The position numbers and the translations under genes are program-made. 53,768 nucleotides of DNA from Cyanobacteria bacterium UBA3803 (GTDB lineage Bacteria > Cyanobacteriota > Vampirovibrionia > Gastranaerophilales > Gastranaerophilaceae). Under the pieces are notes generated by a model that saw only the letters and a program-made list of their open reading frames with translations, was not told where the DNA came from and made no database searches. Shown here piece by piece: positions 9,325-19,873 of the stretch (its first letter is position 1; every line of letters starts with the position of its first letter). Location of the stretch: NCBI GenBank assembly GCA_002369055.1, contig DFEL01000028.1, positions 1-53,768 on the forward strand, given 5' to 3'.

Positions 9325-10512
9325 CTAATGGCAAAGTGCAAGCAAGATACCTGCTGCAACAGCAGAACCTATTACACCTGCTACGTTTGGCCCCATTGCG
9401 TGCATTAATAAGAAGTTTTGAGGATTTGCCTCCAAACCTACTTTATTAACAACACGTGCTGCCATTGGCACAGCTGAAACACCTGCAGCACCAATAAGCG
9501 GATTAATTTTTTTCTTAGAAAATACATTCATTAATTTTGCAAATATTACACCTGAAGCAGTAGCAATTGAAAATGCACACAAACCAAGGAACAAAATACC
9601 CAAAGTTTCAAGTGTCAAGAATTTATCTGCTGATAATTTTGAACCAACTGACAAACCTAATAAAATAGTTACAATGTTAATAAATTCATTTTGCAAAGTT
9701 TTAGCAAGTCTATCCGTTACTCCGCACTGCATTACCAAATTACCAAAGGTTAATGCACCCAATAATGGTGTTGCATCCGGTAAGAAAATAATACATAATC
9801 CTAAAACGACAAGAGGGAATATGATTTTTTCACGTTTAGAAACTTCACGTAATTGAACCATTTGAATTTTTCTTTCAGCCTCAGTTGTTAAAGCCTTCAT
9901 AATAGGAGGTTGAATAATAGGCACCAATGCCATATATGAATATGCAGCAACTGCAATTGCACCCAATAAATCAGGAGCCAGTCTTGAAGTTACAAATATT
10001 GAAGTCGGGCCGTCAGCACCGCCAATAATACCAATAGAGGCTGCTTCAGGCAAACCGAAATCAAATCCTGCATATTTTGCCAGCAACAATGCACCCAACA
10101 ACGCACCAAAAATACCAAATTGAGCAGCACCACCTAGAAGAGCCGTTTTTGGGTTAGCAATTAACGGTCCAAAGTCTGTCATTGCACCTACACCCATAAA
10201 TATGAATAATGGAAATAATCCACCGTCAATACCAACATGGTATACAGTGTATAAAAAACCACCTGGTTCTGCTATTCCTGCAACAGGAATATTTGCTAAA
10301 ATACCACCAAAACCGATTGGTAATAACAATAATGGTTCATAGTTCTTTTTAATTGCCAAATATAACAATACAAGACAAACAAAGAACATTATAATTGCAC
10401 CGTACATGTGTAAGAAATTTTCTACACAATTTACACCTGTTAAGGGTTCTTTTACCATATTGGCAATACCTGTGATACTGCCTAAACTTTTAAAAGATTC
10501 TAATAATTGCAT
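9325..10512 (-). CDS. oadB: Na+-translocating oxaloacetate (or related carboxylic-acid) decarboxylase beta subunit
   Basis: 395-aa polytopic membrane protein. OadB/GcdB/MmdB-like sequences (..GGADGPT.IF...[15 protein letters not shown]..) beside the alpha and gamma subunit genes. Confidence 0.88.
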   Translation of the reverse strand: MQLLESFKSLGSITGIANMVKEPLTGVNCVENFLHMYGAIIMFFVCLVLLYLAIKKNYEPLLLLPIGFGGILANIPVAGIAEPGGFLYTVYHVGIDGGLFPLFIFMGVGAMTDFGPLIANPKTALLGGAAQFGIFGALLGALLLAKYAGFDFGLPEAASIGIIGGADGPTSIFVTSRLAPDLLGAIAVAAYSYMALVPIIQPPIMKALTTEAERKIQMVQLREVSKREKIIFPLVVLGLCIIFLPDATPLLGALTFGNLVMQCGVTDRLAKTLQNEFINIVTILLGLSVGSKLSADKFLTLETLGILFLGLCAFSIATASGVIFAKLMNVFSKKKINPLIGAAGVSAVPMAARVVNKVGLEANPQNFLLMHAMGPNVAGVIGSAVAAGILLALCH

Positions 10513-10525
10513 ACCTCACACCTCT

Positions 10526-12331
10526 CTAGTCCAAAGTTACCAATACTTGTCCGGGTGTTACAGTAGCACCCACATCAACTCTTATAGAACCGATTTTACC
10601 TGCACGAGGTGCTTTAATTTCTGTTTCCATTTTCATAGCTTCCATTAAAATTAAAACATCACCTTCATTTACAGAATCTCCGCTTCTTGCGATTACTTTT
10701 AAAATAGCACCCGGTAGTGGAGCCTTTATTTCAGTTGAACCTTCACTGCTTGATGAAGCAACTGCTGCTGATTCTTTAATACCTTCAGCAATTGACACAT
10801 CATAAGATTTACCGTTAACAATGGCTTTATCTCCGTCAATTTTAACAGCATATTCTTTTCCGTTGACTGTAACAGTTGCACCATTTTTATAATTATTGTT
10901 TGAAGTTGTTTTTTGACCTTTATTAACTAAAACTTTGCCTTTGCCTAACAAGAAGTCAATACCCTTATCAGCATTAGCATCTTTGCAAGCCGCTGCAATA
11001 AATAAGTTTTCATCTGTAACAGGTAAACCTGCTGCTTTTAATCTTTCTTCTGCTGCTTTTAAGCCTTTTTCAGGGTCTTTTTCATTCAAATCCACAACTT
11101 TTTCTGTTGTTGGTTTTAAACCTGTTTTTTCTTCTGCCCATTTAACTAATTCAGGATCCGGTTCACAAGGAGTTTTTCCGAAATATCCTAAAATCATTTT
11201 CGCATAACCGGGATTTGCTTGGTCCCAAGGCTTTTCTGTTACTGCATTTAAGAATGATTGTTGAGCATAGAATTGAGATACAGGAGTAACCGATGTACCA
11301 AAACCGGCTCTTTCAACAACTTCTTTCATATTTGCAATAACTTTAGGGAACTTATCTACCATACCCATATCTTTTAATTGATCAACCGTTGTTGCAGTTG
11401 CACCACCAGGCAATGGTGCTTGAATTAAAATAGGATTTACGGCTAAAGAGATAGGTGAAATAGTGTAATCCTTCATGCATTCTTTAAAGATTTCTTCTGT
11501 TTCCATAATTTTCTTTATATCTAAGCCTAAATCATATTCTGTACCTTTTAAAGCATGCCACATAGAAATTATATCAGGTTGAGCAGTACCGCCTGAAACA
11601 GGTTTCATAGATAAATCAATTCCGTCAGCACCACCGTCTAAAGCAGCTAAATATGCTGCTAAGCCTGTACCTGCCGTTTCGTGAGAGTGGAAACGAATAT
11701 GTGCATCTGAACCTAAAATTTCACGTGCCATTTTTACTGTTGCATATACTTTTCTAGGATTTGATGTACCTGAAGCATCTTTAAAAGCCAAAGAATCAAA
11801 TGGTAAACCTGAATCTAAAATATTTCTTAAAACTCTTTCGTAAAAAGCAACATCATGAGCACCTTCACAACCAAATGGTAATTCCATCATTGTAATTGTA
11901 ACTTCGTGTTGTAAACCTTGTTTTTTAATACTGTTTGCAGAGTCAATTAAATTATTAACATCATTTAAAGCATCAAAGTTTCTAACAACATCAACACCGT
12001 GTTTTTTAAACATTTTTGCGTGTAAATCAATTACATCACGTGGTTGAGAATTTAAACCTACAACATTAACACCTCTTGCCAATGATTGTAATTTAACATC
12101 CGAACCTACTGTTTCTCTAATTTTATCCATTGTTTCAAAAGCATTTTCGTTACAGAAAAATATAGGTGCTTGAAATCTTGCACCACCTGCAACTTCAAAA
12201 TGCTTAATACCTGCATCAACTGCCGATTTTAAAGCAGGTAAAAAATCGTTTAACAGAACTCTTGCTCCGAATACGGATTGGAAACCATCTCTAAAAGATG
12301 TATCCATAACTTTAATTAATTTTTTTGACAT
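10526..12331 (-). CDS. oadA: Oxaloacetate decarboxylase alpha subunit (carboxyltransferase plus biotinyl domain)
   Basis: 601 aa. N-terminal TIM-barrel carboxyltransferase (DTSFRDGFQS) and a C-terminal biotin attachment motif (EAMKME). Confidence 0.9.
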   Translation of the reverse strand: MSKKLIKVMDTSFRDGFQSVFGARVLLNDFLPALKSAVDAGIKHFEVAGGARFQAPIFFCNENAFETMDKIRETVGSDVKLQSLARGVNVVGLNSQPRDVIDLHAKMFKKHGVDVVRNFDALNDVNNLIDSANSIKKQGLQHEVTITMMELPFGCEGAHDVAFYERVLRNILDSGLPFDSLAFKDASGTSNPRKVYATVKMAREILGSDAHIRFHSHETAGTGLAAYLAALDGGADGIDLSMKPVSGGTAQPDIISMWHALKGTEYDLGLDIKKIMETEEIFKECMKDYTISPISLAVNPILIQAPLPGGATATTVDQLKDMGMVDKFPKVIANMKEVVERAGFGTSVTPVSQFYAQQSFLNAVTEKPWDQANPGYAKMILGYFGKTPCEPDPELVKWAEEKTGLKPTTEKVVDLNEKDPEKGLKAAEERLKAAGLPVTDENLFIAAACKDANADKGIDFLLGKGKVLVNKGQKTTSNNNYKNGATVTVNGKEYAVKIDGDKAIVNGKSYDVSIAEGIKESAAVASSSSEGSTEIKAPLPGAILKVIARSGDSVNEGDVLILMEAMKMETEIKAPRAGKIGSIRVDVGATVTPGQVLVTLD

Positions 12332-12355
12332 ACCTCTATTCCTTTTCTTAAATTG

Positions 12356-12577
12356 TTAATTCATATTCATTTTTGCAACAGCAATTGCCACAGCAACAGC
12401 CTCATCAGTATTTGCTTCTTTACGAACGGCAACAGGTGCTTCAACTTCTTCCGGCATAATTTTGCTTATTAAAGCAACAACTTTTGACATTATGCTCATT
12501 GCAAATACAAGTATTGTTAAGAATACCAGCACTGTTCCCATTCCAACAACTGTTATAACTAAACCTTCTTGTAACAT
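12356..12577 (-). CDS. oadG: Oxaloacetate decarboxylase gamma subunit
   Basis: 73 aa with a single N-terminal TM helix (VVGMGTVLVFLTILV), located directly upstream of oadA. Confidence 0.75.
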   Translation of the reverse strand: MLQEGLVITVVGMGTVLVFLTILVFAMSIMSKVVALISKIMPEEVEAPVAVRKEANTDEAVAVAIAVAKMNMN

Positions 12578-12686
12578 ATTTCTTGTCCTCCATACACTTA
12601 ATCATATAACAAACAAAAATTTTAAACAATTTGAAATTAAAAAAAATGTGATTATAATATTAAATATAAACAAATTAGGGGATTTT

Positions 12687-13385
12687 ATGAATTTGAAAAA
12701 GATTTTAGCACTATCACTATTTATTTTATTTGCGATACCGCAAACAAGTTTTGCATTTTCGTTTAAAAAGGATAAGGAAGCTGTAACGGTTCAACAACCG
12801 CACGCTAAATACCCGCCTAAATATGATAAAATATATCTTGAGCAATTAAAAAAAGAATATAAAAAAATAAGCAATGATGAAGTTATTTTGGTTGCACTGG
12901 ATATGATGAAAAATACAAATGCAGATTTTTCAAGACGTGCTATTATGGGATATAATTTAACAGAAAAACCCGTAAAAATTCAATTTAAAGATTTAGGCTC
13001 AATAAAACCTGAATACGCAAACTTTGATGCACTTGGCTGGAAAAAGAAAAATGATTTATATATTTTTATAAATCAAAAACACGCAGACGCCCCACCTGCT
13101 GCATTAGCAGCACTGTTAGCACATGAAGCCTTACATCAGGACGAATTTAATTCACTGGCAGAAGAAACGTATGCCTGGACAATGGAAGCAGCGGTATGGT
13201 CGGAAATGCTTGAAATTTACCCTGAATCAAATAACACCCAACATCCGCTTTTACATAGAGAAAATACTTTAAAAAAACTGTTTGAAAAAGGTAGTTTTAC
13301 TAATAAATATATAAAAAAAACAGTGTTTTCAAACAAAGGTTATCAAAATTTACCACAAACTTCACCTGGTTTTGAACGACTTTAA
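12687..13385 (+). CDS. Secreted hypothetical protein with an HExxH motif
   Basis: Track ORF 12462..13385 overlaps oadG antisense. The internal ATG at 12687 gives MNLKKILALSLFILFAIPQTSFA, a signal peptide. HEALH occurs at ..LLAHEALHQDE... Function is unknown. Confidence 0.6.
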   Translation: MNLKKILALSLFILFAIPQTSFAFSFKKDKEAVTVQQPHAKYPPKYDKIYLEQLKKEYKKISNDEVILVALDMMKNTNADFSRRAIMGYNLTEKPVKIQFKDLGSIKPEYANFDALGWKKKNDLYIFINQKHADAPPAALAALLAHEALHQDEFNSLAEETYAWTMEAAVWSEMLEIYPESNNTQHPLLHRENTLKKLFEKGSFTNKYIKKTVFSNKGYQNLPQTSPGFERL

Positions 13386-13465
13386 TCATGAATAGTGAGT
13401 TGTGAGTTGAATTTATAAATTAAAATTTAAAAATTAATCTGTTATCTATTGATAAAAATTAACAG

Positions 13466-14725
13466 TTGATGTTAAATATTTTTATGAATAAAAAACATAT
13501 AATTATAGCATTAATATTAATAGCAGCACTGCTTATTTTTAATAATATTTTACACGATATTTATATAAAAATGGTATCAACACCGACAAATATTCAAACG
13601 TCAACTAATACCGAAGAAATATCATCTCAAAAATTGTTTGACAAAACTTGGAAAATAATAAAAAAATCTTACTATGATACAGATATGAATCACCAGGACT
13701 GGTACCGTTGGAAAACACATTATCAAGGCAAAATAAAAACGGAAGAAGACTTATATGTTGCTGTAAATACGATGCTTGCAAGTTTAAATGACCCATATTC
13801 AAAATTCATGTCAAAAAAAGAATTTGAAGATTTAAATTCATCTATTGCATCAAAAATAACAGGCATAGGTGTTAATATATATTCAAATGCGGGTAAAATA
13901 ACCGTTTTAAACGTAATTGAAGGTACTCCTGCCAATACTGCGAATATTAAAAATGGTGATATCATTTATGCTGTCAATAAAAAAGAAGTAAGCGGAATGA
14001 CTATTGCTGATGTTGCAGGATTGGTCAGAGGGCCTGAAAATAGTATGGTTGAACTTACAATTTTGCGTGATGACAAAAAAATAATTAAAAATATTAAACG
14101 TAAAGAGATTAAAATAAAAACAGTTAAAAGTTCTGTTGAAAAAAATATTGGTTACATTCAAATCATGAGTTTTATCGGTTCAACCACATCAAATGAGTTT
14201 TTGGAAGCCTTAGAAAAGACAAAAAAAACAGATGGTTTAATCATAGATTTAAGAGGAAATCCGGGTGGATTACTACCAAATGCCGTTTTTATTGCAAATT
14301 TATTTATACCTGAAGGCAAAATTGTAAGCGTTGTTGGCAGAAACGGGTATAAACAAGATTTATCCGCACAAAAAACCAATTTTACCGTAAATAAACCTCT
14401 GGTAGTTTTAATTGACAATTCAAGTGCGAGTGCAAGCGAAATTTTATCAGGAGCATTAAAAGATTATAAAAAAGCAAAACTTGTAGGCACAACAACTTAT
14501 GGCAAAGGCATGGTACAAGAGGTTATTGCACTACCTAACGAAACAGGACTAAATCTTACAATTGCAAAATATCTAACCCCAAACGGAACTGACATTAACA
14601 AAAAAGGTATAGCACCTGATGTTAAAGTAGAATTAACTCTTGATGATTTAAAGAAAAATCGTGATGCACAGCTTCTTATGGCAAAAAAAATGATGAATGA
14701 TATTTTAAAAACCAACGCAAAATAA
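13466..14725 (+). CDS. Carboxyl-terminal processing peptidase (S41 family) with PDZ domain
   Basis: TM/signal anchor, PDZ-like segment (GIGV...G.I.V..VIEGTPA...I..GD.I), then LIIDLRGNPGG and SASASEI motifs. The start may be ATG 13469 or 13484. Confidence 0.85.
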   Translation: MMLNIFMNKKHIIIALILIAALLIFNNILHDIYIKMVSTPTNIQTSTNTEEISSQKLFDKTWKIIKKSYYDTDMNHQDWYRWKTHYQGKIKTEEDLYVAVNTMLASLNDPYSKFMSKKEFEDLNSSIASKITGIGVNIYSNAGKITVLNVIEGTPANTANIKNGDIIYAVNKKEVSGMTIADVAGLVRGPENSMVELTILRDDKKIIKNIKRKEIKIKTVKSSVEKNIGYIQIMSFIGSTTSNEFLEALEKTKKTDGLIIDLRGNPGGLLPNAVFIANLFIPEGKIVSVVGRNGYKQDLSAQKTNFTVNKPLVVLIDNSSASASEILSGALKDYKKAKLVGTTTYGKGMVQEVIALPNETGLNLTIAKYLTPNGTDINKKGIAPDVKVELTLDDLKKNRDAQLLMAKKMMNDILKTNAK

Positions 14726-14729
14726 TATA

Positions 14730-16037
14730 TTATTTTGCAAGTTTAATTAAATCTTCAATTGTTTGGGTATAAGCAAAAGAGTCACTTGTACTTTGACAAA
14801 GAAAAGCGTTAATTGTATCCATTCGCCTTATTGCTTCATCACAAAGAGGATCTGAACCTTTTGCATAAGCACCGATATTGATTAAGTCTTCATTTTTCTT
14901 ATATACAGCCAGTAAATTTCTTATTTTTGCAGCGGCAGCTCTATGTTCACTTGTTGTAACATCACCCATAACCCTACTTATAGATTGTAAAACATCAACC
15001 GCAGGATAATGGTTTTTGTGAGCCAATTCTCTTGAAAGCATAATATGACCGTCTAAAATGCTTCTCGCAGTATCAGAAATAGGTTCATTAAAATCATCCC
15101 CTTCTACAAGTACAGTATAAAGTGCGGTAATAGAACCTTTATCATTACATCCGGCACGTTCCATTAATTGAGGCATAATTGCGAATACACTAGGCGTATA
15201 CCCCCTCATTGCAGGAGGTTCTCCTGCACTTAAACCAACAACACGTTGAGCCATCGCAATACGAGTTACAGAATCAAGCATAAAGAGTACGTCTTTACCT
15301 TTATCTCTAAAATATTCCGCAATTGATGTTGCAACAAACGCTGCTTTAATTTTAACTAAATCCGGCTGTTCAGAAGTCGCAGCAACAACAACTGTTCGCT
15401 TCATACCTTCCGGCCCCATATTTTTTTCGATAAATTCCCGAACTTCACGGCCACGTTCACCAATCAAAGCAATAACATTTATATCAGCACTTGTATTTTT
15501 TGCCATCATAGCAAGTGTTGTACTTTTACCTACACCTGAACCTGCAAAAATACCTAATCTTTGCCCTTTTCCAACAGTAATAAAACCATCTATTGATTTA
15601 ATACCCAAAGACAAAGGCTCATCTATTCTTGCACGCTTTAAAGGATTTATTGGTGTTGCCGAAGTTGAAACATAGGCCTCTGCACTTATTTCACCTAAAT
15701 TATCAATAGGATTTCCTAAACCGTCAAGAACTCTGCCCAAAATATTATTTCCGACTTTTAATTTCATAGGCTCGCCTGTGTTCAGTACGATAGCACCAGG
15801 TTGAATACCATCCATTGCTCCCAAAGGCATTAAAAGAATTTTACCTTCTTTAAAACCTACTACTTCTGACCATATTGGCACATCTTCATTCTTTTTATAT
15901 ATATAGCACAAATCACCAATGCTTGCTTCAGGCCCGTCTGATTCAATAATCAGCCCTTTAATTTCGGTAACTCTGCCTATCTCTTTTATTGTTTCAATAT
16001 CTTCAACAATACTCAAATATTTTTCTTTTGTAAACAC
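14730..16037 (-). CDS. fliI: Flagellum-specific ATP synthase
   Basis: 435 aa. Walker A GSGVGKST and the F1/FliI-type fold, located downstream of fliH. Confidence 0.9.
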   Translation of the reverse strand: MFTKEKYLSIVEDIETIKEIGRVTEIKGLIIESDGPEASIGDLCYIYKKNEDVPIWSEVVGFKEGKILLMPLGAMDGIQPGAIVLNTGEPMKLKVGNNILGRVLDGLGNPIDNLGEISAEAYVSTSATPINPLKRARIDEPLSLGIKSIDGFITVGKGQRLGIFAGSGVGKSTTLAMMAKNTSADINVIALIGERGREVREFIEKNMGPEGMKRTVVVAATSEQPDLVKIKAAFVATSIAEYFRDKGKDVLFMLDSVTRIAMAQRVVGLSAGEPPAMRGYTPSVFAIMPQLMERAGCNDKGSITALYTVLVEGDDFNEPISDTARSILDGHIMLSRELAHKNHYPAVDVLQSISRVMGDVTTSEHRAAAAKIRNLLAVYKKNEDLINIGAYAKGSDPLCDEAIRRMDTINAFLCQSTSDSFAYTQTIEDLIKLAK

Positions 16038-16040
16038 AGG

Positions 16041-16943
16041 CTAGTCCTCATTTTTGTCATTTGAATTAAAAATTTCGGATATATTTTCAAGAGTTTCTTC
16101 GGATTGGTTATCCTGCAAAAAATTTGAATTTATATAATCACATTCGGTTTCAGTTATAGGCTCATCTTGAGCATCTTCTTCCGATGAATAGTGTGCATTC
16201 ATAAATTTTTCAACAATTTGGTCTAACTGTATTTTTAATCTGTTATCGACTCTTGAAAGCAAAGATTCTATTACGGTTCCGTCATCTGAAATATTGTTGT
16301 CCTCAATAATTTTAATAGTTTGAAGTTTTGGTATTTCTTCTTTTAATTCATCTGAAATAGAATAAATTTTTTCAGCCAGTTTTGGATTAACTGTTATTGT
16401 AATATTTTCTCTGTCTTTTAATTGCTTTATTGCTTCAACTGTAATACTTTTCAAAATATTAATATCGTTATCAAAACTTTTTTTGCAAACCTTTCTTGCA
16501 ATAGCACAAACTAATTCAACAATGTCTAATTCAGCAGATTTAACAATATTATGTTTCAATTCAAATTGACTTTTTGCAAAATCATCAACAGCTTTAACTT
16601 TCAGTTCAAGAGCATTTGTGCCATCATCATAACCTTGCTTATAACCTTCTTCATAGCCCTCTTTTTTTGCGGTTTCACGAATTTCATTTGATTCTGAGTC
16701 AGCTTGTGCATTGGCTTGTGCTACAATTTGCTTTCCGTCTTCTTGTGCTTGGGCAAGAATTTGTTTTGCTTCTTCAACTAATTGCTTTGCTTGGTCTGTT
16801 CCTTCTTTTATAATCCTTTCTTTTTCGGCTTTTGCATCTCGCAGCATTTTTTCAATGGCAGTAAGCTCTTCTTTATGCTGATTTTCCAAAGGAAGAACAA
16901 AACCTGAGCCTATTTGAACGTTACTACCTTTTATCCTAGTCAA
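16041..16943 (-). CDS. fliH: Flagellar assembly protein FliH
   Basis: 300 aa with an E/K/A/Q-rich coiled N-half, positioned between fliG and fliI. Confidence 0.72.
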   Translation of the reverse strand: MTRIKGSNVQIGSGFVLPLENQHKEELTAIEKMLRDAKAEKERIIKEGTDQAKQLVEEAKQILAQAQEDGKQIVAQANAQADSESNEIRETAKKEGYEEGYKQGYDDGTNALELKVKAVDDFAKSQFELKHNIVKSAELDIVELVCAIARKVCKKSFDNDINILKSITVEAIKQLKDRENITITVNPKLAEKIYSISDELKEEIPKLQTIKIIEDNNISDDGTVIESLLSRVDNRLKIQLDQIVEKFMNAHYSSEEDAQDEPITETECDYINSNFLQDNQSEETLENISEIFNSNDKNED

Positions 16944-17970
16944 TTAATTCTTCCTCGCCTTCATCCCTTTCAAGTACAATTTCACCTGACGCTTCAAGTG
17001 CCTTAATTGTCAAACAAATTTGAGATTGAACTTCCTGAACATCTTTTGCACGAACAGGTCCAAGAAATTCCATATCGTCCTTGAGCATTTGTTGAGCACG
17101 TTCTGACATATTTGAGAATATCTTATCTCGAACCTCAGGTTTAGTTCCCTTAAGTGCGAGAGCAAGGTCTTTTGTATTAACTTCACGCAAAATACGTTGA
17201 ACAGTTTTGTTATCAAGAGATTGTATGTCTTCAAATACGAACATCAATTCTCTTACTTGCTCTGCCATTGTAGGATTTTCTAATTCCAATAAATCCATAA
17301 CATTTCTTTCCGTTGACCTATCCGCTCTGTTTAATATATTTGCTAAAGTATCTATACCGCCTGCTTGAGAGAAATCTTGAACCATAATTGATGAGAATTT
17401 TGATTCTACAATTTTTTCAATATCAGATAATATTTCCGGATTTGTAGTATCCATATCTGCAATTTTCATTGCAACTTGAGCCTGCACATCAGGAGATAAA
17501 CAATTTAAAACTTTTGCTGATTGTGTAGGCTGCAAATATGCCAAAATTAAAGCTATAAGCTGTGGATTTTCGTTTTGGAAAGATGTAGCAAGTTGAACAG
17601 GATCAGCTTCATTAAAAAATTGGAACGGATTGGCATTCATTAATGTTTCTAATCGGCTCATCATTCTTTTTGCTTGCTCCGGTCCATAAGTCATTTCTAA
17701 TAATTGTTTTGCGTAATCTTTACCACCTTTTGCAAGATAACTGTTTGCTTTAAAAATATTACTAAATTCTTCTAAAATACCTGCTAATGCAGTAAGAGGA
17801 ACTTTATTTAAACTTGCGATTTCTAATGCAATTTTTTCCAATAAATCATTATCAGTCACATTTTTCAACACTTCAGATGCAGTTGCAGGCCCCAGTAAAA
17901 TAAGCAAAGCCGCAACTTTTTGCGTTGAGTTCATAGTCATTATTTGTTGAGTTAGTAATGCATTATTCAT
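16936..17970 (-). CDS. fliG: Flagellar motor switch protein FliG
   Basis: 344 aa. FliG N, middle and C domains (..FVFEDI..LD....Q..LREV....LALALKG....). Confidence 0.9.
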   Translation of the reverse strand: MNNALLTQQIMTMNSTQKVAALLILLGPATASEVLKNVTDNDLLEKIALEIASLNKVPLTALAGILEEFSNIFKANSYLAKGGKDYAKQLLEMTYGPEQAKRMMSRLETLMNANPFQFFNEADPVQLATSFQNENPQLIALILAYLQPTQSAKVLNCLSPDVQAQVAMKIADMDTTNPEILSDIEKIVESKFSSIMVQDFSQAGGIDTLANILNRADRSTERNVMDLLELENPTMAEQVRELMFVFEDIQSLDNKTVQRILREVNTKDLALALKGTKPEVRDKIFSNMSERAQQMLKDDMEFLGPVRAKDVQEVQSQICLTIKALEASGEIVLERDEGEEELID

Positions 17971-17976
17971 CTATAA

Positions 17977-19539
17977 TCAGTCCTTAATATAAGATACCAA
18001 AATTCTTGCTGCTTCAGCCGGATCTGCCATAATTGTATCGTTTAATTCCATTCTTGCTCTTTCTAATTCAGGATCAATATCTGCTGTAATAGTCGGCAAG
18101 GCTTCTTGTAATGTAACTTCAGGAATTTCCTCTACAACAGGAGGCAACTGTGGTTCAAATGTTTTTGCGGGTTCTGCCACTTCAACTGTTCTGCTGATAC
18201 CCATTTTACCCATTAAACCTTTTATTATAAACAATGCTGCAAGACCAAGTATCAAAACAACAATTAAAGGTCCTAAATCTTTTGTTACATAATCAACTGT
18301 TGATTTAGTTCTAATTTCTTTTTCTATTGCTTCTTGTTTCTTTTGGTCTTCTGCAATTGATTCAAATTGCAAACTTGAAACCGTAATTACATCTCCACGT
18401 TCATAATTTGCACCGGCAGCCGAAAGCACTAAATTTTGCAATTCTTCTTTCTCACTGTCTGTTAGAATTTTATTTACGGCAACTGCTATTGTCATTCTTT
18501 TTATCGTTCCGGGTGCGTAGACAACTTGTTTAATTTCTTTTGAAACACTGTAATTAACCGAATTTTTTTCTTTTGCATAGTTCAAATTTCTTGCTTGAAC
18601 ATTTGCGTTTACAGGTGCTTGATTAGGATTTTCATAAGTTTCAACTTCTGATTGAGATGTTGTTAAGACACCTTTATAACCATTTTGTCCATCACCGACA
18701 GGAACATAAGTTTCAATAGTTGCTTTTGTTGAATTGAAATCAATATCTGCATTTACTTGGACAGAAACATTGCCCTTACCAACAATTTTTTCCAAAACTT
18801 GAGAAACTTTTTCAGCAGTTTGTTTTTCCGCATTAGCTTTGAAAGTTTCCATATCGTTTGAATTTTTGCCTGTTTCTTCAGATAAACTTGCCCCGTTTTG
18901 GTCGGTAATAAATACTCTTTCTGGTGTTAATCGCGGAACTGAATACGCTACAAGATTTTTTATCGCTTTAACTTGAGAAGCTTTTAAGCGATAACCTTCT
19001 TGTAATATAAGCATAACCGAAGCACTTGGAATTTCATCTTTATCTTCAAATATAGAACGTTCAGGATCTGCCAATTGAACTCTACAACTTTTTATGCCAT
19101 TCATTTTTTCAATTGAACGTACAAGTTCGCCTTGAAAAATTCTTTGCTTGGTCATCTTATTTTTAAAATCGGTAGAGCCTAATTGCATATCATCAAGCAA
19201 CTCAAAACCCGGTGATTGCGAATCTATCAGACTATTTTCCGCAACAAAAATTCTCAAATCATCTTTGTCCTTAGCCGGTACAAGAATTGCTTTTTTATCT
19301 TCAGATACTTTATAAGCCTGTCCGCTTTTTTTGAAAGATTCAACGATATTTGCAATATCTGATTGAGGCAAATCACTATATAAAATTGACCACTCAGGTT
19401 CAAGCGACCTTGCAAGCATAAAGGTTGCAACGGCAACAGTTATGACAGTAAGTGCCAAAAGACCTATCTTTTGTGGCAGTTCCAAGCCGTCCCAAAGTTT
19501 TTTAATATCATCTAAAAATGGTTTTAAATTATTTTCCAT
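17977..19539 (-). CDS. fliF: Flagellar M-ring protein FliF
   Basis: 520 aa with N-terminal and near-C-terminal TM segments and YscJ/FliF-like repeats. Confidence 0.88.
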   Translation of the reverse strand: MENNLKPFLDDIKKLWDGLELPQKIGLLALTVITVAVATFMLARSLEPEWSILYSDLPQSDIANIVESFKKSGQAYKVSEDKKAILVPAKDKDDLRIFVAENSLIDSQSPGFELLDDMQLGSTDFKNKMTKQRIFQGELVRSIEKMNGIKSCRVQLADPERSIFEDKDEIPSASVMLILQEGYRLKASQVKAIKNLVAYSVPRLTPERVFITDQNGASLSEETGKNSNDMETFKANAEKQTAEKVSQVLEKIVGKGNVSVQVNADIDFNSTKATIETYVPVGDGQNGYKGVLTTSQSEVETYENPNQAPVNANVQARNLNYAKEKNSVNYSVSKEIKQVVYAPGTIKRMTIAVAVNKILTDSEKEELQNLVLSAAGANYERGDVITVSSLQFESIAEDQKKQEAIEKEIRTKSTVDYVTKDLGPLIVVLILGLAALFIIKGLMGKMGISRTVEVAEPAKTFEPQLPPVVEEIPEVTLQEALPTITADIDPELERARMELNDTIMADPAEAARILVSYIKD

Positions 19540-19757
19540 TGTGTATTATCGTCCCAAGTTTACACCTTATCAACAATATAATAACCATTTTTTGCAATAA
19601 TATCAAAATTGTTAAGTACTGTTACTTTTGTATAACAGAATTTTCCAAAATAAAAAGTCTTACACAAGTGCAAGACTTAAAAAAATATACATTTACCCCA
19701 CAGCATTTATATCATAAACAACAAGTTTAGTCAAACTGTATTAGCCAATCAGATATA

Positions 19758-19781
19758 TTTTGTAACAAATTTGTTACAAAA
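19758..19781. promoter_or_regulatory. 24-bp perfect palindrome in the divergent fliF/glgC control region (putative operator)
   Basis: TTTTGTAACAAA|TTTGTTACAAAA is exactly self-complementary. On the minus strand it fills the spacer and -10 of a possible leftward promoter, TTGACC (19787-19782), 17 nt, TACAAA. Confidence 0.45.
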
Positions 19782-19873
19782 GGTCAACAAAAATTTTTCA
19801 TCGTTTTGTATGATTATATAATCTGCATTCGTATTTATAATAATATTTGTATAAGTTAATAGTGAGGTAAAAA

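Noticed and set aside
12462-12686. N-terminal 75 codons of track ORF 12462..13385
   Set aside because: This part runs antisense through oadG and its upstream region. The internal ATG at 12687 yields a clean signal peptide, so the extension is spurious.
13605-14715. Stack of minus-strand ORFs inside the S41 peptidase gene. Similar antisense ORFs occur inside dnaE, oadA, groEL, der, the TPR gene (31702..32586), 25783..27222, the helicase gene and 46635..47078
   Set aside because: All lie inside longer ORFs that have recognisable domains. They are low-complexity translations typical of AT-rich antisense frames.
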